64,000 nucleotides of DNA from an uncultured Methanoregulaceae archaeon. GTDB lineage: Archaea; Halobacteriota; Methanomicrobia; Methanomicrobiales; Methanospirillaceae. Below, piece after piece: positions 41,335 through 52,108 of the stretch. The DNA lies in assembly GCA_963717525.1 (NCBI GenBank), contig OY970343.1, positions 1,120,001-1,184,000 on the forward strand. Direction: 5' to 3'. Within the stretch, counting starts at the first letter, position 1. Every line of letters begins with the position of its first letter. Made by a program: the position numbers and the translations under genes. The notes under the pieces were generated by a model. That model worked only from the letters and a program-made list of their open reading frames with translations. It ran no database searches and was not told where the DNA came from.

Positions 41335-41988
41335 TTACTGTGCGTATTCAAGCGGGTCTGTTGCGCCTGCCTCTCCGAAGGCTTCGAGGCGCTCCGTACA
41401 GGCCCCGCACTTTCCGCAGGGAAGTTCCCCGCCCTTATAGCATGACCAAGTATCCGCATAATCGACGCCAAGAGCGATGCCTTTTTTCACGATATCCCCC
41501 TTAGAGAGCCAGAGGTAAGGCGCATGGAGCACGATGTCATTCCAGTCACAGAGGTGCATCGCCGTCGTCATGGCACTCACGAATGCCGGCCGGCAGTCAG
41601 GATAGATAGCATGGTCTCCCGCGTGCGCCGCGTAACACAGGTGACCGGCGCCGATACCGATGGCATAGGCTGCGGCAAGGCTTAAAAAAACCATGTTCCG
41701 GTTCGGGACGACGGTCTGTTTCATCGTCTCTTCTGCGTAATGGCCTTCGGGAACCTCCCATGCGTCCCTCGTCAGGCTGGACGGGGCGAGATCATTGAGA
41801 ACCGACAGGCCGACAATTTTGTGGGGGATGCGGAGTTTTGCGCAGGTCTTTTGTGCGCACAGGATCTCTTTTTTGTGTTTCTGGCTGTAATCGAACGTTA
41901 CCGTACTGACCTCATATCCCTGATGGATCAGATCATAGAGCAGGGTGGTGCTGTCCAGCCCGCCGGAAAAAATAAGAACCGCCTTCAT
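41335..41988 (-). CDS. queC: 7-cyano-7-deazaguanine synthase
   Basis: FSGGLDSTT; VPNRN; YPDCRP; TWSCY..CGKCGAC.ER. Confidence 0.96.
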   Translation of the reverse strand: MKAVLIFSGGLDSTTLLYDLIHQGYEVSTVTFDYSQKHKKEILCAQKTCAKLRIPHKIVGLSVLNDLAPSSLTRDAWEVPEGHYAEETMKQTVVPNRNMVFLSLAAAYAIGIGAGHLCYAAHAGDHAIYPDCRPAFVSAMTTAMHLCDWNDIVLHAPYLWLSKGDIVKKGIALGVDYADTWSCYKGGELPCGKCGACTERLEAFGEAGATDPLEYAQ

Positions 41989-42205
41989 CCCGGAATCATT
42001 TCCTGTCTCACTGGTATCTTCAGGGTGGTATATCAAGGAAACTCCAGGCACTTTTCCGGGATAGTATCGATAGACGATCCGGTGGCGGGACAGGGATCGA
42101 GGGATCCTGCACGTGGATCGGGGGGACAAAAGGAATCCCTAAAAACAACCACCTAAAAAGCATATCACCACAAACAACGAAAAGAGATCCTGAGAGTTCT
42201 TACCC

Positions 42206-43805
42206 ATGGTTGGCCCGTACATGAAAAGCGGCGAATCCATTGTCCTGACCACGGATCGGGTGCTCATCGACGATATCGAGTACCGACCTGATCCTCACCA
42301 GCCAGCGGCTCGCCCTGGTTGACAGCGGCCATACCAACGACCAGCCACAGGTAGTACCGTTTGCCACCATCCTGTCAGTCAAAGGTGGGACGACTCCGGC
42401 GCGGGAGCCGTGCATCACCCTCACGGTTATCGACCCGGCCGGGTTAGGCGATGCAAAGACCCTTTCCCTGATCTTCACCCAGCAGCCGTACCAGGACCGG
42501 TCCGCGGAATGTGATCTCTGGGTAAAGAAGCTGATAGAGCACATCGTTTCCGTCCGGCAGGAACCGGGGCCGGCCGGAAAACAGCCTGCGGCAGAAAAAC
42601 CCCGGGGCATGCAGCCCACACTCCGGCGGTTTATCGCCCCGGATCTGCCCCTCCCCCACAGCGAGGTACCCCAGAGCTACAGGCCATCAGAGGACCTACT
42701 CTCCGCGATGCAGGGAGCCACGTGGGAGAATCCGGGCGATGGCAGAGAAGAACCGGGGCCAACGGAAAATACAGTTCCCGAAAAAGAAGTCTCACCTGAG
42801 CCTGAAGAGATAGTACCTTCTGTTGCCTCCGTGAGCGCCGGGGATGAATCTGCGGGCACACAGAACACAGGGAAGACCGGCCCTGCAGCAGCTGTGGATC
42901 ATGGGGAAGAAACCCTCATTGAACCGGCTTCGGATAAGGAGGAGAGCACCCCTCCCGAAGAGAGATCGGAACACACAGTCGTTCCGGCAACACCGTTCAG
43001 GGAACTGGTACCGGAGATTACCAAGGGGGGGCAGAACTATCCTGCCCCGGTCCAGCCGGATAACCGCCAGACCGGGCCGGTAGCCGATATCGAGGAACTA
43101 TCCCGGCAGATTGAGGGGGTAGTACCTGTTCAGACCGAAGAGACCGTAACATTCCGGCCTGAAGCCGGGGAACCGACAGGGATACCCGACAGTGTCGTAT
43201 TTCCGGTACTCTCCGGAACTGCACCTGATGCCGTACCAGCATCCGTACCGTCCTCGACCCCCCCGGCAGGAGCGAGGCCTGCTGCCGGGCAGCCCCCTGT
43301 TCCGCAACCGAAAAAGAAGAGGACCGGGATGGTCGTGGCGATCGCCCTCGTGCTCCTCGTCATTATCGGCGTAACGGCCATTATTCTTCTCCCGTCCCTT
43401 TCGGAAAATGCAGGCGGGCCGGGTTCCCCGGCCATTACGCCCAATGTGACACCCCAGCCGGTCACTACGGCAGTCCCGACGGTTACGATCCCTCCTCCCC
43501 TTGGGGTCTGGGTGAAGGTAGCCGATAACGGGACCTATTACGGGAAGTACGGAAATCCGGGAAGCCTCATCGAGGCCCGGGGGACCGGCGTACAGTTCTA
43601 TGCGATAAAGAACAGTAACGGCCTTGTGCAGGTCACGTTCCAGAAGCTGGACTACTCGGGGGACACCCTGACCGTAGAAGTGTACAATAACGGTACCATG
43701 GTCACGCATATCAGTAAAAATACCCCGGGGGGAACGATTGCGCTCCTCGTCGATCCGGTGACCGGGAAAGCCCCGTATGTACCGGTTACGACCGCCAGTG
43801 TGTGA
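42206..43805 (+). CDS. Membrane protein with PH-like N-terminus and acidic/Pro-rich linker; frameshift near 42284
   Basis: MVGPYMKSGESIVLTT..LILTSQRL joins the 42609 ORF; single TM after KKKR. Confidence 0.65.
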
Positions 43806-43967
43806 TGGGAACCGGGCAGGATCCAGCTCTTGGGCGGCCTGACCTCATCCCTGCACCTTTTCACAGCGGTGCGTTCAAACACCGGGAATATTTTCTGCCG
43901 TTGATGCGACAGGCCAAACCCTCTTTTAAGGATAGTATCGGGTAAAAAAAGTACCCGCGGGCCCCAC

Positions 43968-45962
43968 TCAGCCCATGAACAGGCCAAGCAGCCTGAAGGC
44001 GATCCCGCCGATCCCGATAGCGAGGACGACTTCGGTGAAGGAGATCGCAAGCGACCGTTTCCACCCGAATTCCGAGGCGAGGACCAGGATGACCGATATG
44101 CAGGGGATATAGAGCATCGAGACGAGCGCGATGACGATGAGCTGGACGGGGGTGAGGAAGGCCGCGAAGTTGGTTGATCCGAAAAGCACTGCGAGGGTGA
44201 GGATGGTAAGTTCTTTTCTCACGATGCCAAAGATCAGGGTGATCCCGACGATAACCGGCAGACCGAGCCAGAAGACCGTAACGGGTGCGAGGAGGTTGTT
44301 TACCGGGGTGAGCAAGCCGACTGCATAGAAGACCTGGATCAACGCACTCCCCACGATATATGCAGGAAACACAAACCAGATAAGCGACTTTGTCCGCGCC
44401 CATGTCTGTTTTACAACAACGGACGCCGAGGGAACGTGGTAATCCGGCATCTCCATGATCAGCCCGACCGACTCACCCGGAACAACTTTGAAAGCGATCC
44501 TCCCCACGATGATGATCAACACAATATCGAACGCGTAGAGCGCAAGTGCCCACCAGATGCTGACGAATTTCCCGACGAGGCCGAGGATAACAACCGTCCG
44601 GGCCGTGCAGGGAATAAGCGTGACCAGAAATGCCGCGAGCAGTTTCTGCTTGGGCGATTCCATGATCCGGCAGGAGAAGCAGGCCGGGACGTTGCACCCG
44701 TAGCCAAGGATGAGGGGAATAACGGCTTTGCCATGCAGCCCGAGCTTGTGCATGCCCCGATCAAGCATCACCGCAATGCGGGTGAGGTAGCCGGAGTCCT
44801 CCATCACCGCGAGAAGGAGGTAAAACGGCAGGACGTACGGAATGACCAGCGTGACTCCCGCGACCAATCCAGAGAACGCACCATTCCAGAGAATACCGGC
44901 GACCGGGCCGGTGATGACCGGTTCATACGGTTCGATCTGCGAGAGAAATGACTGGATGAGGTCTGAGATACGGGCGCCGACGACAAAAGTCCATACGAGC
45001 AGCCCTCCTATCACGAGTAACACCGCAAAGTACCCGAAAAAGGGGTGAAGAGCGACCTGATCGAGCCTGTCGGTCAGGCTCTTTTTGTGCAGGCCGTCCT
45101 TTGGGGGCCGCACGTTGATCACCTCAGCTGCGATCCGATCGGCGACGTTATACCGCTCCGCGCTCATTACGACGCAGACTGTTTCGCCATGGATCGCCTC
45201 GATCTCGGCCGCGAGCCGGTCCGCTGTCCCGACGATATCAGGGGCCTGTTCCTTTACGATCGTCACCATCGCGGGATCGCGTTCGATGAGTTTGATGGCA
45301 ATGAACCGTACAGGATAAGGAAGGGTCAGCTGCGAGAGCACAGGAACAAGTTTTTCGATCCGTTCCTCGATCTCTTTCCCGTACCGGAGGACCGGGGGGG
45401 TCGGGCGGCGCTGTGCGAGATCGAGGATCGCATCGGTGAGGGTGGCGATACCCTTACCCTTGATCGCGACCGTGGGAATGACAGCGACACCGAGGAGTTC
45501 AGCGAGTTTTTCCGTGTCAACGGTGATCCCCTTTTTTTCAGCGAGGTCGATCTGGTTTACCGAGATGAGGAGGGGCGGGGCAAGTTCGAAGAGCTGGATG
45601 GTGAAAAAGAGGTTCCGCTCCAGAGCGGACGCATCGATGACGTTGACGACAGCATCCGGTCGTTCAAGGGCGATGAAGTCGCGGGAGACAAGCTCCTCCA
45701 TCGAGTACGTGGAGAATGAGTAGATCCCCGGCAGATCGATCACGCGGATCCGTTTGCCTTTGTACTGGAGGAGCCCCTCGGCCCGTTCGACCGTCTTCCC
45801 CGGCCAGTTCCCGATGATCTGGTCGACTCCGGTCAGCTGGTTGAATGTTACGCTCTTACCCACATTGGCATTACCGGCAAGGGCGATGGTGTAATCGACA
45901 TTTTTTATGGTGCTTGCTTGTTTTTTCGGGGTGCACTCCCTGCATCCGCCGCAGCCCGTCAC
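43968..45962 (-). CDS. feoB: Ferrous iron transporter B
   Basis: [38 protein letters not shown]. Confidence 0.96.
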   Translation of the reverse strand: MTGCGGCRECTPKKQASTIKNVDYTIALAGNANVGKSVTFNQLTGVDQIIGNWPGKTVERAEGLLQYKGKRIRVIDLPGIYSFSTYSMEELVSRDFIALERPDAVVNVIDASALERNLFFTIQLFELAPPLLISVNQIDLAEKKGITVDTEKLAELLGVAVIPTVAIKGKGIATLTDAILDLAQRRPTPPVLRYGKEIEERIEKLVPVLSQLTLPYPVRFIAIKLIERDPAMVTIVKEQAPDIVGTADRLAAEIEAIHGETVCVVMSAERYNVADRIAAEVINVRPPKDGLHKKSLTDRLDQVALHPFFGYFAVLLVIGGLLVWTFVVGARISDLIQSFLSQIEPYEPVITGPVAGILWNGAFSGLVAGVTLVIPYVLPFYLLLAVMEDSGYLTRIAVMLDRGMHKLGLHGKAVIPLILGYGCNVPACFSCRIMESPKQKLLAAFLVTLIPCTARTVVILGLVGKFVSIWWALALYAFDIVLIIIVGRIAFKVVPGESVGLIMEMPDYHVPSASVVVKQTWARTKSLIWFVFPAYIVGSALIQVFYAVGLLTPVNNLLAPVTVFWLGLPVIVGITLIFGIVRKELTILTLAVLFGSTNFAAFLTPVQLIVIALVSMLYIPCISVILVLASEFGWKRSLAISFTEVVLAIGIGGIAFRLLGLFMG

Positions 45963-46684
45963 GCCTCACCCCCTTTGCGAACATCGACGAAGATCTTTTC
46001 CGCTATGGCATGATCGATAGCAAGTTTTGTCCTGCGCACAAAAACCTCGACCGGCCCGTTCATAGGCGCCCTGCGTGTAACCGATACCGTCGTCCCGAGG
46101 GTAAGCCCGAGATCAGAAAGCCGCTGGACGACCTTGCAGTCTCCCCGGATAAACGCGATAGTCCCGTTCTGCTGTGCAATAAGATCGGTAATCGGGACAA
46201 TGGATCCGGTCCGCAGTTCCTTTGGATCAAGGAGAGCCGCACCGGTTTTGAACTCACATTCGCTGCAGCTCCCGATTCCCTTGGCGCAGGGAGCAATAGG
46301 GCTCCCGTGGGGGCACCGCGCCGGGGCGTTGAGCATCCGGCAGAGTGCGTTCTCGGTGTCTTCCGAGATCGAATGTTCCATCCGGCATGCCTCGTCGTGC
46401 ACCTTTGCCCGGTTGATATGCAGGACATCGGCAAGGAAGACCTCAAGGAGCCGGTGCCGGCGCTTGATCGTCTCTGCGATCTTCTTTCCCTCCCCGGTCA
46501 GGCTCGCACCCCGGTAAGGTTCGTAGTTCACGAGGTTCTTCTCCGCGAGGCTCTGGAGCGCCTCGGTTACGCTCGCCGGTGCAACCTTGAGGCACTTTGC
46601 AATCGCCGTGGTCTTTGCGGAGCCTTCTGTACCGGCGATATCGTAGATCGCTTCGAGATATTCCTCAACCTGTTCCTGCGCCAT
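45959..46684 (-). CDS. DtxR/MntR-family metal-dependent regulator with C-terminal FeoA domain
   Basis: EEYLEAIY; RRHRLLE.FL; EACRMEH; CPHGSPI; RLSDLGL..G..AP..GP. Confidence 0.93.
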   Translation of the reverse strand: MAQEQVEEYLEAIYDIAGTEGSAKTTAIAKCLKVAPASVTEALQSLAEKNLVNYEPYRGASLTGEGKKIAETIKRRHRLLEVFLADVLHINRAKVHDEACRMEHSISEDTENALCRMLNAPARCPHGSPIAPCAKGIGSCSECEFKTGAALLDPKELRTGSIVPITDLIAQQNGTIAFIRGDCKVVQRLSDLGLTLGTTVSVTRRAPMNGPVEVFVRRTKLAIDHAIAEKIFVDVRKGGEA

Positions 46685-46695
46685 CCGGATAATGA

Positions 46696-46734
46696 TTAGG
46701 TTACCCTAAATAAAAATAGTTTCGGTCAACCTAA
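46696..46734. promoter_or_regulatory. Two tandem DtxR/MntR-type operators
   Basis: TTAGGTTACCCTAA (46696-46709) and TTCGGTCAACCTAA (46721-46734) just upstream of the regulator. Confidence 0.75.
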
Positions 46735-46917
46735 AGATATCCCTCATCATCGCATACTCAGCCCGGCGTATCATGACGCCGTATGCCGCGAGTACCTCAA
46801 TCCGGTTCCGGCGCAGGAAAACGTCCGTTCCAGCCACGGGGCCACCGGGCGACCTCGTAGGCTCCAGACCTGAAGATTTTTGAATCATGCATGCATTGGT
46901 AGGTACAGGGAGAAACT

Positions 46918-48210
46918 ATGGCAATTGACTGGTACAACGAGTTTGTCGATACAAAGTACGAACCGGCAAAGGACGACCTTGTCTGTCTTTTTTATTTTGA
47001 ACCGGCTGCCGGGATTACCAATGAAGAGGCTGCGGGGCGTATAGCCTCCGAGAGCTCGACAGGCACATGGACAACTCTTTTTACGATGCCGCCGAGAATG
47101 AAGAAACTTGAGGCCAAGGCATTTGAATTCGACAAGAATTTCGTGAAAGTCGCCTACCCGCTAGCACTCTGGGAGGAGGGGAACGCCGTCCAGCTGATGA
47201 GCGGGATCGCGGGGAACATCTTCGGGATGAAAGCGCTCAGGAACCTACGCCTCATCGACGCATCGCTCCCGGCCGCCTATCTCCGCGGCTTTAAAGGGCC
47301 GCATTTTGGCATGGACGGGATCCGCAAGATGATGAAGGTCCGGGACCGGCCGCTGACGGGAGCCGTACCCAAGCCGAAGATCGGCTTTACGGCAAAAGAG
47401 CATGCCGAGGTAGGGTACGAGACGTGGATGGGCGGCTTTGATTTTGTTAAAGACGATGAGAACCTCACGTCAACCTCATTCAACCGGTTCGAGGACCGGG
47501 TAAAATACATGACAAAACTGCGGGACAAGGCCGAGCAGGAGACCGGTGAGAAGAAATCTGCGTTTTTAAATATCTCCTCCGATGTCGAGACCATGAAGAA
47601 GCGTGCTGACATGCTCGCGGAGTATGGCTGGAACTACGCGATGATCGATGTGGTGGTTGCAGGAAATGCCAGTGTCATGACGATGCGGGACTACTGTTCT
47701 GACCTTGGCCTTGCGATCCATGCGCACCGGGCGTTCCATTCAACCTTCGACCGGAACAAAAAACACGGCATGACGATGTACTTCCTCGCAAAGCTCATGC
47801 GTCTTATTGGCGTTTCCCAGATCCATACCGGTACGGCTGTCGGTAAACTGACCGGCACCAGGACCGAGTCGATCCTCCTTGCGGACCTGTTGAGGAAGAA
47901 AAAGATCGCGGAGGTTCCCCACCAGTGCCTCGAACAGGACTGGGGCACCCTCAAGACCGCATTCCCGGTCTCGTCGGGCGGCCTTCACCCGGGCCTCGTT
48001 CCCGACGTGCTCGATATCTACGGCCGGGACCTCGTGCTGCTCGTATCGGGCGGCATTCACGGTCACCCGAAGGGAACCCGGGCCGGGGCACGGGCAACCA
48101 TGCAGGCAATCGAGGCATGGCAGGATGGTGTAACACTCGACGACAAGGCAAAAACCGCACGGGAACTTCACGAAGCGCTGAAGAAATGGGGATATTACAA
48201 GCCGAAGTGA
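46918..48210 (+). CDS. rbcL: RuBisCO large subunit, archaeal form III
   Basis: ASESSTGTWT; PKPKIG; GGFDFVKDDE; IHAHRA; SSGGLHP; GGIHGHP. Confidence 0.95.
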   Translation: MAIDWYNEFVDTKYEPAKDDLVCLFYFEPAAGITNEEAAGRIASESSTGTWTTLFTMPPRMKKLEAKAFEFDKNFVKVAYPLALWEEGNAVQLMSGIAGNIFGMKALRNLRLIDASLPAAYLRGFKGPHFGMDGIRKMMKVRDRPLTGAVPKPKIGFTAKEHAEVGYETWMGGFDFVKDDENLTSTSFNRFEDRVKYMTKLRDKAEQETGEKKSAFLNISSDVETMKKRADMLAEYGWNYAMIDVVVAGNASVMTMRDYCSDLGLAIHAHRAFHSTFDRNKKHGMTMYFLAKLMRLIGVSQIHTGTAVGKLTGTRTESILLADLLRKKKIAEVPHQCLEQDWGTLKTAFPVSSGGLHPGLVPDVLDIYGRDLVLLVSGGIHGHPKGTRAGARATMQAIEAWQDGVTLDDKAKTARELHEALKKWGYYKPK

Positions 48211-48290
48211 CCGATATCATTCCGGTCGTGCAACAGGTATGCCGCATCAGGAATCCCTTTTTATATCCCGGCCAAAACTCCTAAGCACCG

Positions 48291-50255
48291 TGACCGGATT
48301 CCAGCTTGTCTCTTCCTTCCAGCCGGCGGGCTCGCAGCCGGAGGCAATTGCCCGGATAAATGACGGACTGGCGGACAACGCCCGGTTCCAGACGCTGCTT
48401 GGCGTCACCGGCTCAGGGAAAACATTCACGATTGCAAACGTGATTGCAGCGGCAGATAAACCGACGCTTGTTATCGCCCACAACAAGACACTCGCCGCAC
48501 AGCTGTACCAGGAGTTCTGCGACTTTTTCCCGAAAAACCGGGTCGAGTACTTCGTCTCGTACTACGATTACTACCAGCCGGAGTCCTACATTCCGGCAAA
48601 AGACCAGTACATTGAGAAGGACTCCGCAATCAACCCCAAGATCGAGATGCTCCGGCTCTCCGCCACGGCTTCACTCTCGCACCGGCGCGACGTTATTGTG
48701 GTTGCCTCGGTCTCCTGCATCTTCGGCCTCGGGAACCCGGAAAACTTCCGGAACCTCGGCTTTGATCTCTCGGTCGGCCAGAAGATCTCAAGAAACGAGA
48801 TCATGAGCCGGCTCCTTGACATCCAGTTCGAGCGGAACGACATCGATCTCGCCACGGGCCGGTTCCGGGTCAAGGGAGATACCATCGATATCGTGCCCGG
48901 GTATTTCAACGATATCATCCGGATCGAGCTCTTCGGCGACGAGATCGAACGTATCCGGGAGGTGGATAAAAATACCGGGGCAAAAAAAGAGGAAATGAAG
49001 TATTTCTATGTCTACCCCGCCCGCCACTTTGTCATACCTGATAGTGCCCGGAAATCCGCATTAGCCTCGATACAGGAAGAACTCGACGAAGTGCTCCCCA
49101 CGCTCGGCCTCGTCGAGGCGCACCGGCTCCGGCAGCGGACGAACTTCGATCTCGAAATGATCCGCGAGACCGGCTCCTGCAAGGGAATCGAGAACTATTC
49201 GCGGCACTTCGATGGCAGGAAAACCGGTGAGAAACCGGTACTGCCTGCTCGATTACTTCCCGGACGATTTTTTGTTGATCATCGATGAGAGTCACCAGAC
49301 CGTCCCGCAGCTGCACGGCATGTACAACGGCGACCGTTCGCGCAAGGAAACGCTGGTGAATTACGGGTTCCGGCTCCCCTCCGCGCTCGACAACCGGCCC
49401 CTGAAATTTTTCGAGTTCGAACAGTACATGCGCCAGGTGATCTTTGTCTCGGCAACGCCGGGCCCCTATGAATTAAAACACTCCACGCAGGTGGTCGAGC
49501 AGATTATCCGCCCGACCGGCCTTGTCGACCCGGCGGTCGAGGTCCGGCCCATCGCGGGGCAGACGCTCGATGTGATCGAAGAAGTAAAAAAGACCGTTGC
49601 ACGCGGTGATCGTGTGCTCGTGACCACGCTCACCAAAAAACTCGCTGAGGAACTTTCAGAATACCTCGCCGACCGGGGGATCCGCACCCGGTACCTCCAC
49701 TCGGAGATCCAGACCCTGGAGCGCACCGAGATCATCCGTGAACTGCGGCTGGGCAAATTCGATGTACTGGTCGGGATCAACCTGCTTCGGGAGGGTCTCG
49801 ATATCCCCGAGGTAGGGTTCATCGGCATCCTCGACGCAGACAAGGAAGGGTTTCTCCGCGATGCACGCAGCCTGATCCAGATCATCGGGAGGGCGGCACG
49901 GAACGTGAACGCCAAGGTAGTGCTCTACGCGGACTCCATGACCGATTCGATGAAGGCCGCAATCTCCGAGACACAACGCCGGCGCGAGAGGCAGATCGCG
50001 TACAACGAAGAGCACCATATCGTCCCGCAGACGATCATAAAACCGGTAAAAGAGAGGGAAGTCGAGATCAAGGACACAAAACATCTCCCCAGAGCGGAGA
50101 TCCCCAACGTGGTTATCGAGCTGGAAAAGCAGATGCACGATGCGGCAGACAACCTCGACTTCGAGCGGGCGATTGCGCTCCGTGAGCAAGTAAAAAAACT
50201 CAACGAACGGCTTAGGGAAGCGGGAAAACATCCCATCCATCAAAGAAGCGCTTAA
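48291..50255 (+). CDS. uvrB: Excinuclease ABC subunit B; frameshift near 49238
   Basis: [43 protein letters not shown]. Confidence 0.95.
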
Positions 50256-50453
50256 ACAGGATGTCCCGGGCTGGCTGCCGGATCGGCTCTTCGGGTGCCG
50301 GGGATTCGTACCCTGAAAAAATCAGGGGCGGAACATGATTATTCTGCCAAAAATTACCGGCTGAGGCCGTGTTTTCGGGTAACTCCTGCCCATTTACGAA
50401 AAAGTGGATGTAATGATCTGGAAATTCTTCGTTTTAAAGAATCCTACCACAGG

Positions 50454-51803
50454 CTATCGTGCCACGCTTTCCTGGACTCCCCCGGCTCCACCGGGTTCCT
50501 GGGCACCCACCATGTAGTACCGCTTGATGAATTCCCGCACTTTTTCCGATTCTATCCAGCCCATATCGAGCTGCGTTACGATCCTGTCGATCTCGCGGGC
50601 CTGCAGGATGATCTTGTCAGTCACATCGCCGGGCGCAAGGCTTGAAAGCCCCACGATCACGGCCAGCGGGTTCCTGATATGGTCGCCGAGGATGGCAAAC
50701 TGCTCGATATTCTTCTCTATCTGTTCGAGCGCCTGTCTCTTGATTGTCTCCATCTGCTTCCGGTCGGTGATATCGATAAACGAGGCCATGATGCAGACAG
50801 GGTCATCCATATCGTTTTTCACAAGGTTGATCCAGAGCAGGACATAGAACGGCGTCTGGTCGGCTTTGTAGAGAAGGATCTCCCCCAGCCAGCTCCCTTT
50901 CCTGTGGAGCGCATCTTTTATCGTTTCGATTCCCTGCGGGGACGCGACAAATTTCCAGAGCGTTGTGCCGGAGAACCCCTGCTCGTCGGAGGTTCCCATC
51001 ATCGCCAGCAGCGAATGGTTGACGTAGGTGATCGCAAAGTCGAGGTTCATGATCGCGATTGCATTGAGAGAGGAACTGATCGCGTGATCTTTTATGATCA
51101 ACGATTCCTCAGCCTCTTTCCTCGCCGTGATATCGACAATGGTACAGACAAACTGATCATCCGGAAGCATCCCTGCAGAAAGCAGAACCCATCTGGTGGC
51201 ACCGGCCTTTGTCAAAAAACGCGTCTCAAAATTCTCCACATTTCCCTGGGTGGAAAGGTGCTGGAAAAACGCTTCCCGGTCGGCCGCATCGGCCCACATC
51301 CCGGGGAAGGGTAGGGATTCAACCTCGGCAGAGTCGTAGCCCAGCGTATCAGCGAAACGGCGGTTTACTTCCTTTATGATACGATCTGAGCTGTTCACAA
51401 GGCCGATACCCGCTTCAGAGTAGTTGAAAATGCCATGGTATTTCATTTCGTTCCTGCGCATATGGATAGCGAGATTCGAAACGACAGCGGCAACACCGAT
51501 GACCACGAGGCTGGTAACAAGGGAGGCTACCACCTGATCCAGAGCCCCATCCGTGACAAACGCAACGATCCCGATGTAAAGGGCAGATACTCCGGCGGCA
51601 TAGTAAATTCCAAGGCGGGGATACCAGTACGCCGCGATCACAATCGGGATATAGAAAAGGTTTACGGCGACAGCCGCGGTGCCATAATGGAATGCGAGGA
51701 TATTAATGAGGAACGCAACGATGGTGGTATTGACAATAATAAACAGCCAGAGATCGACGAAACTTTCTTCACGGTCTCCAAAGAGAGGTTGTTGTCCGGT
51801 CAT
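50454..51803 (-). CDS. Membrane PAS-PAS sensor with HisKA-like tail, no HATPase domain
   Basis: 4 TM; two PAS domains ending DIT.RK; DHIRNPL. Confidence 0.8.
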   Translation of the reverse strand: MTGQQPLFGDREESFVDLWLFIIVNTTIVAFLINILAFHYGTAAVAVNLFYIPIVIAAYWYPRLGIYYAAGVSALYIGIVAFVTDGALDQVVASLVTSLVVIGVAAVVSNLAIHMRRNEMKYHGIFNYSEAGIGLVNSSDRIIKEVNRRFADTLGYDSAEVESLPFPGMWADAADREAFFQHLSTQGNVENFETRFLTKAGATRWVLLSAGMLPDDQFVCTIVDITARKEAEESLIIKDHAISSSLNAIAIMNLDFAITYVNHSLLAMMGTSDEQGFSGTTLWKFVASPQGIETIKDALHRKGSWLGEILLYKADQTPFYVLLWINLVKNDMDDPVCIMASFIDITDRKQMETIKRQALEQIEKNIEQFAILGDHIRNPLAVIVGLSSLAPGDVTDKIILQAREIDRIVTQLDMGWIESEKVREFIKRYYMVGAQEPGGAGGVQESVAR

Positions 51804-52108
51804 TAATTCACACCAACGGGTATGAGCCCCTGCCTGAGGAAAGCCCAGGGGACGCTCTCCCTCGCAATTCCCCGTCTATGTTTCCTCATTGCACAAATGG
51901 ACATTAATATTTTTTGGTTCATGAATAACCAAAGACAAATAATGAGAGCAGCATTTAAGCGGGAAGTTCATAAACTAACGTATTTTTGGATATCCGCAAA
52001 ATTAATGGGCGATACGGGGCATTGCACCGGTTCACAGGGCCGGTTGCCATGCTGTACCTGAACAGGATTTCCTGGTATGGGAAAGACCAGTTTCCAGTTT
52101 CTGGATCT

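Noticed and set aside
36654..50255. recQ and uvrB as pseudogenes or programmed frameshifts
   Set aside because: Motifs are intact, there are no nonsense changes, and the indels follow an error-like GTAC pattern.
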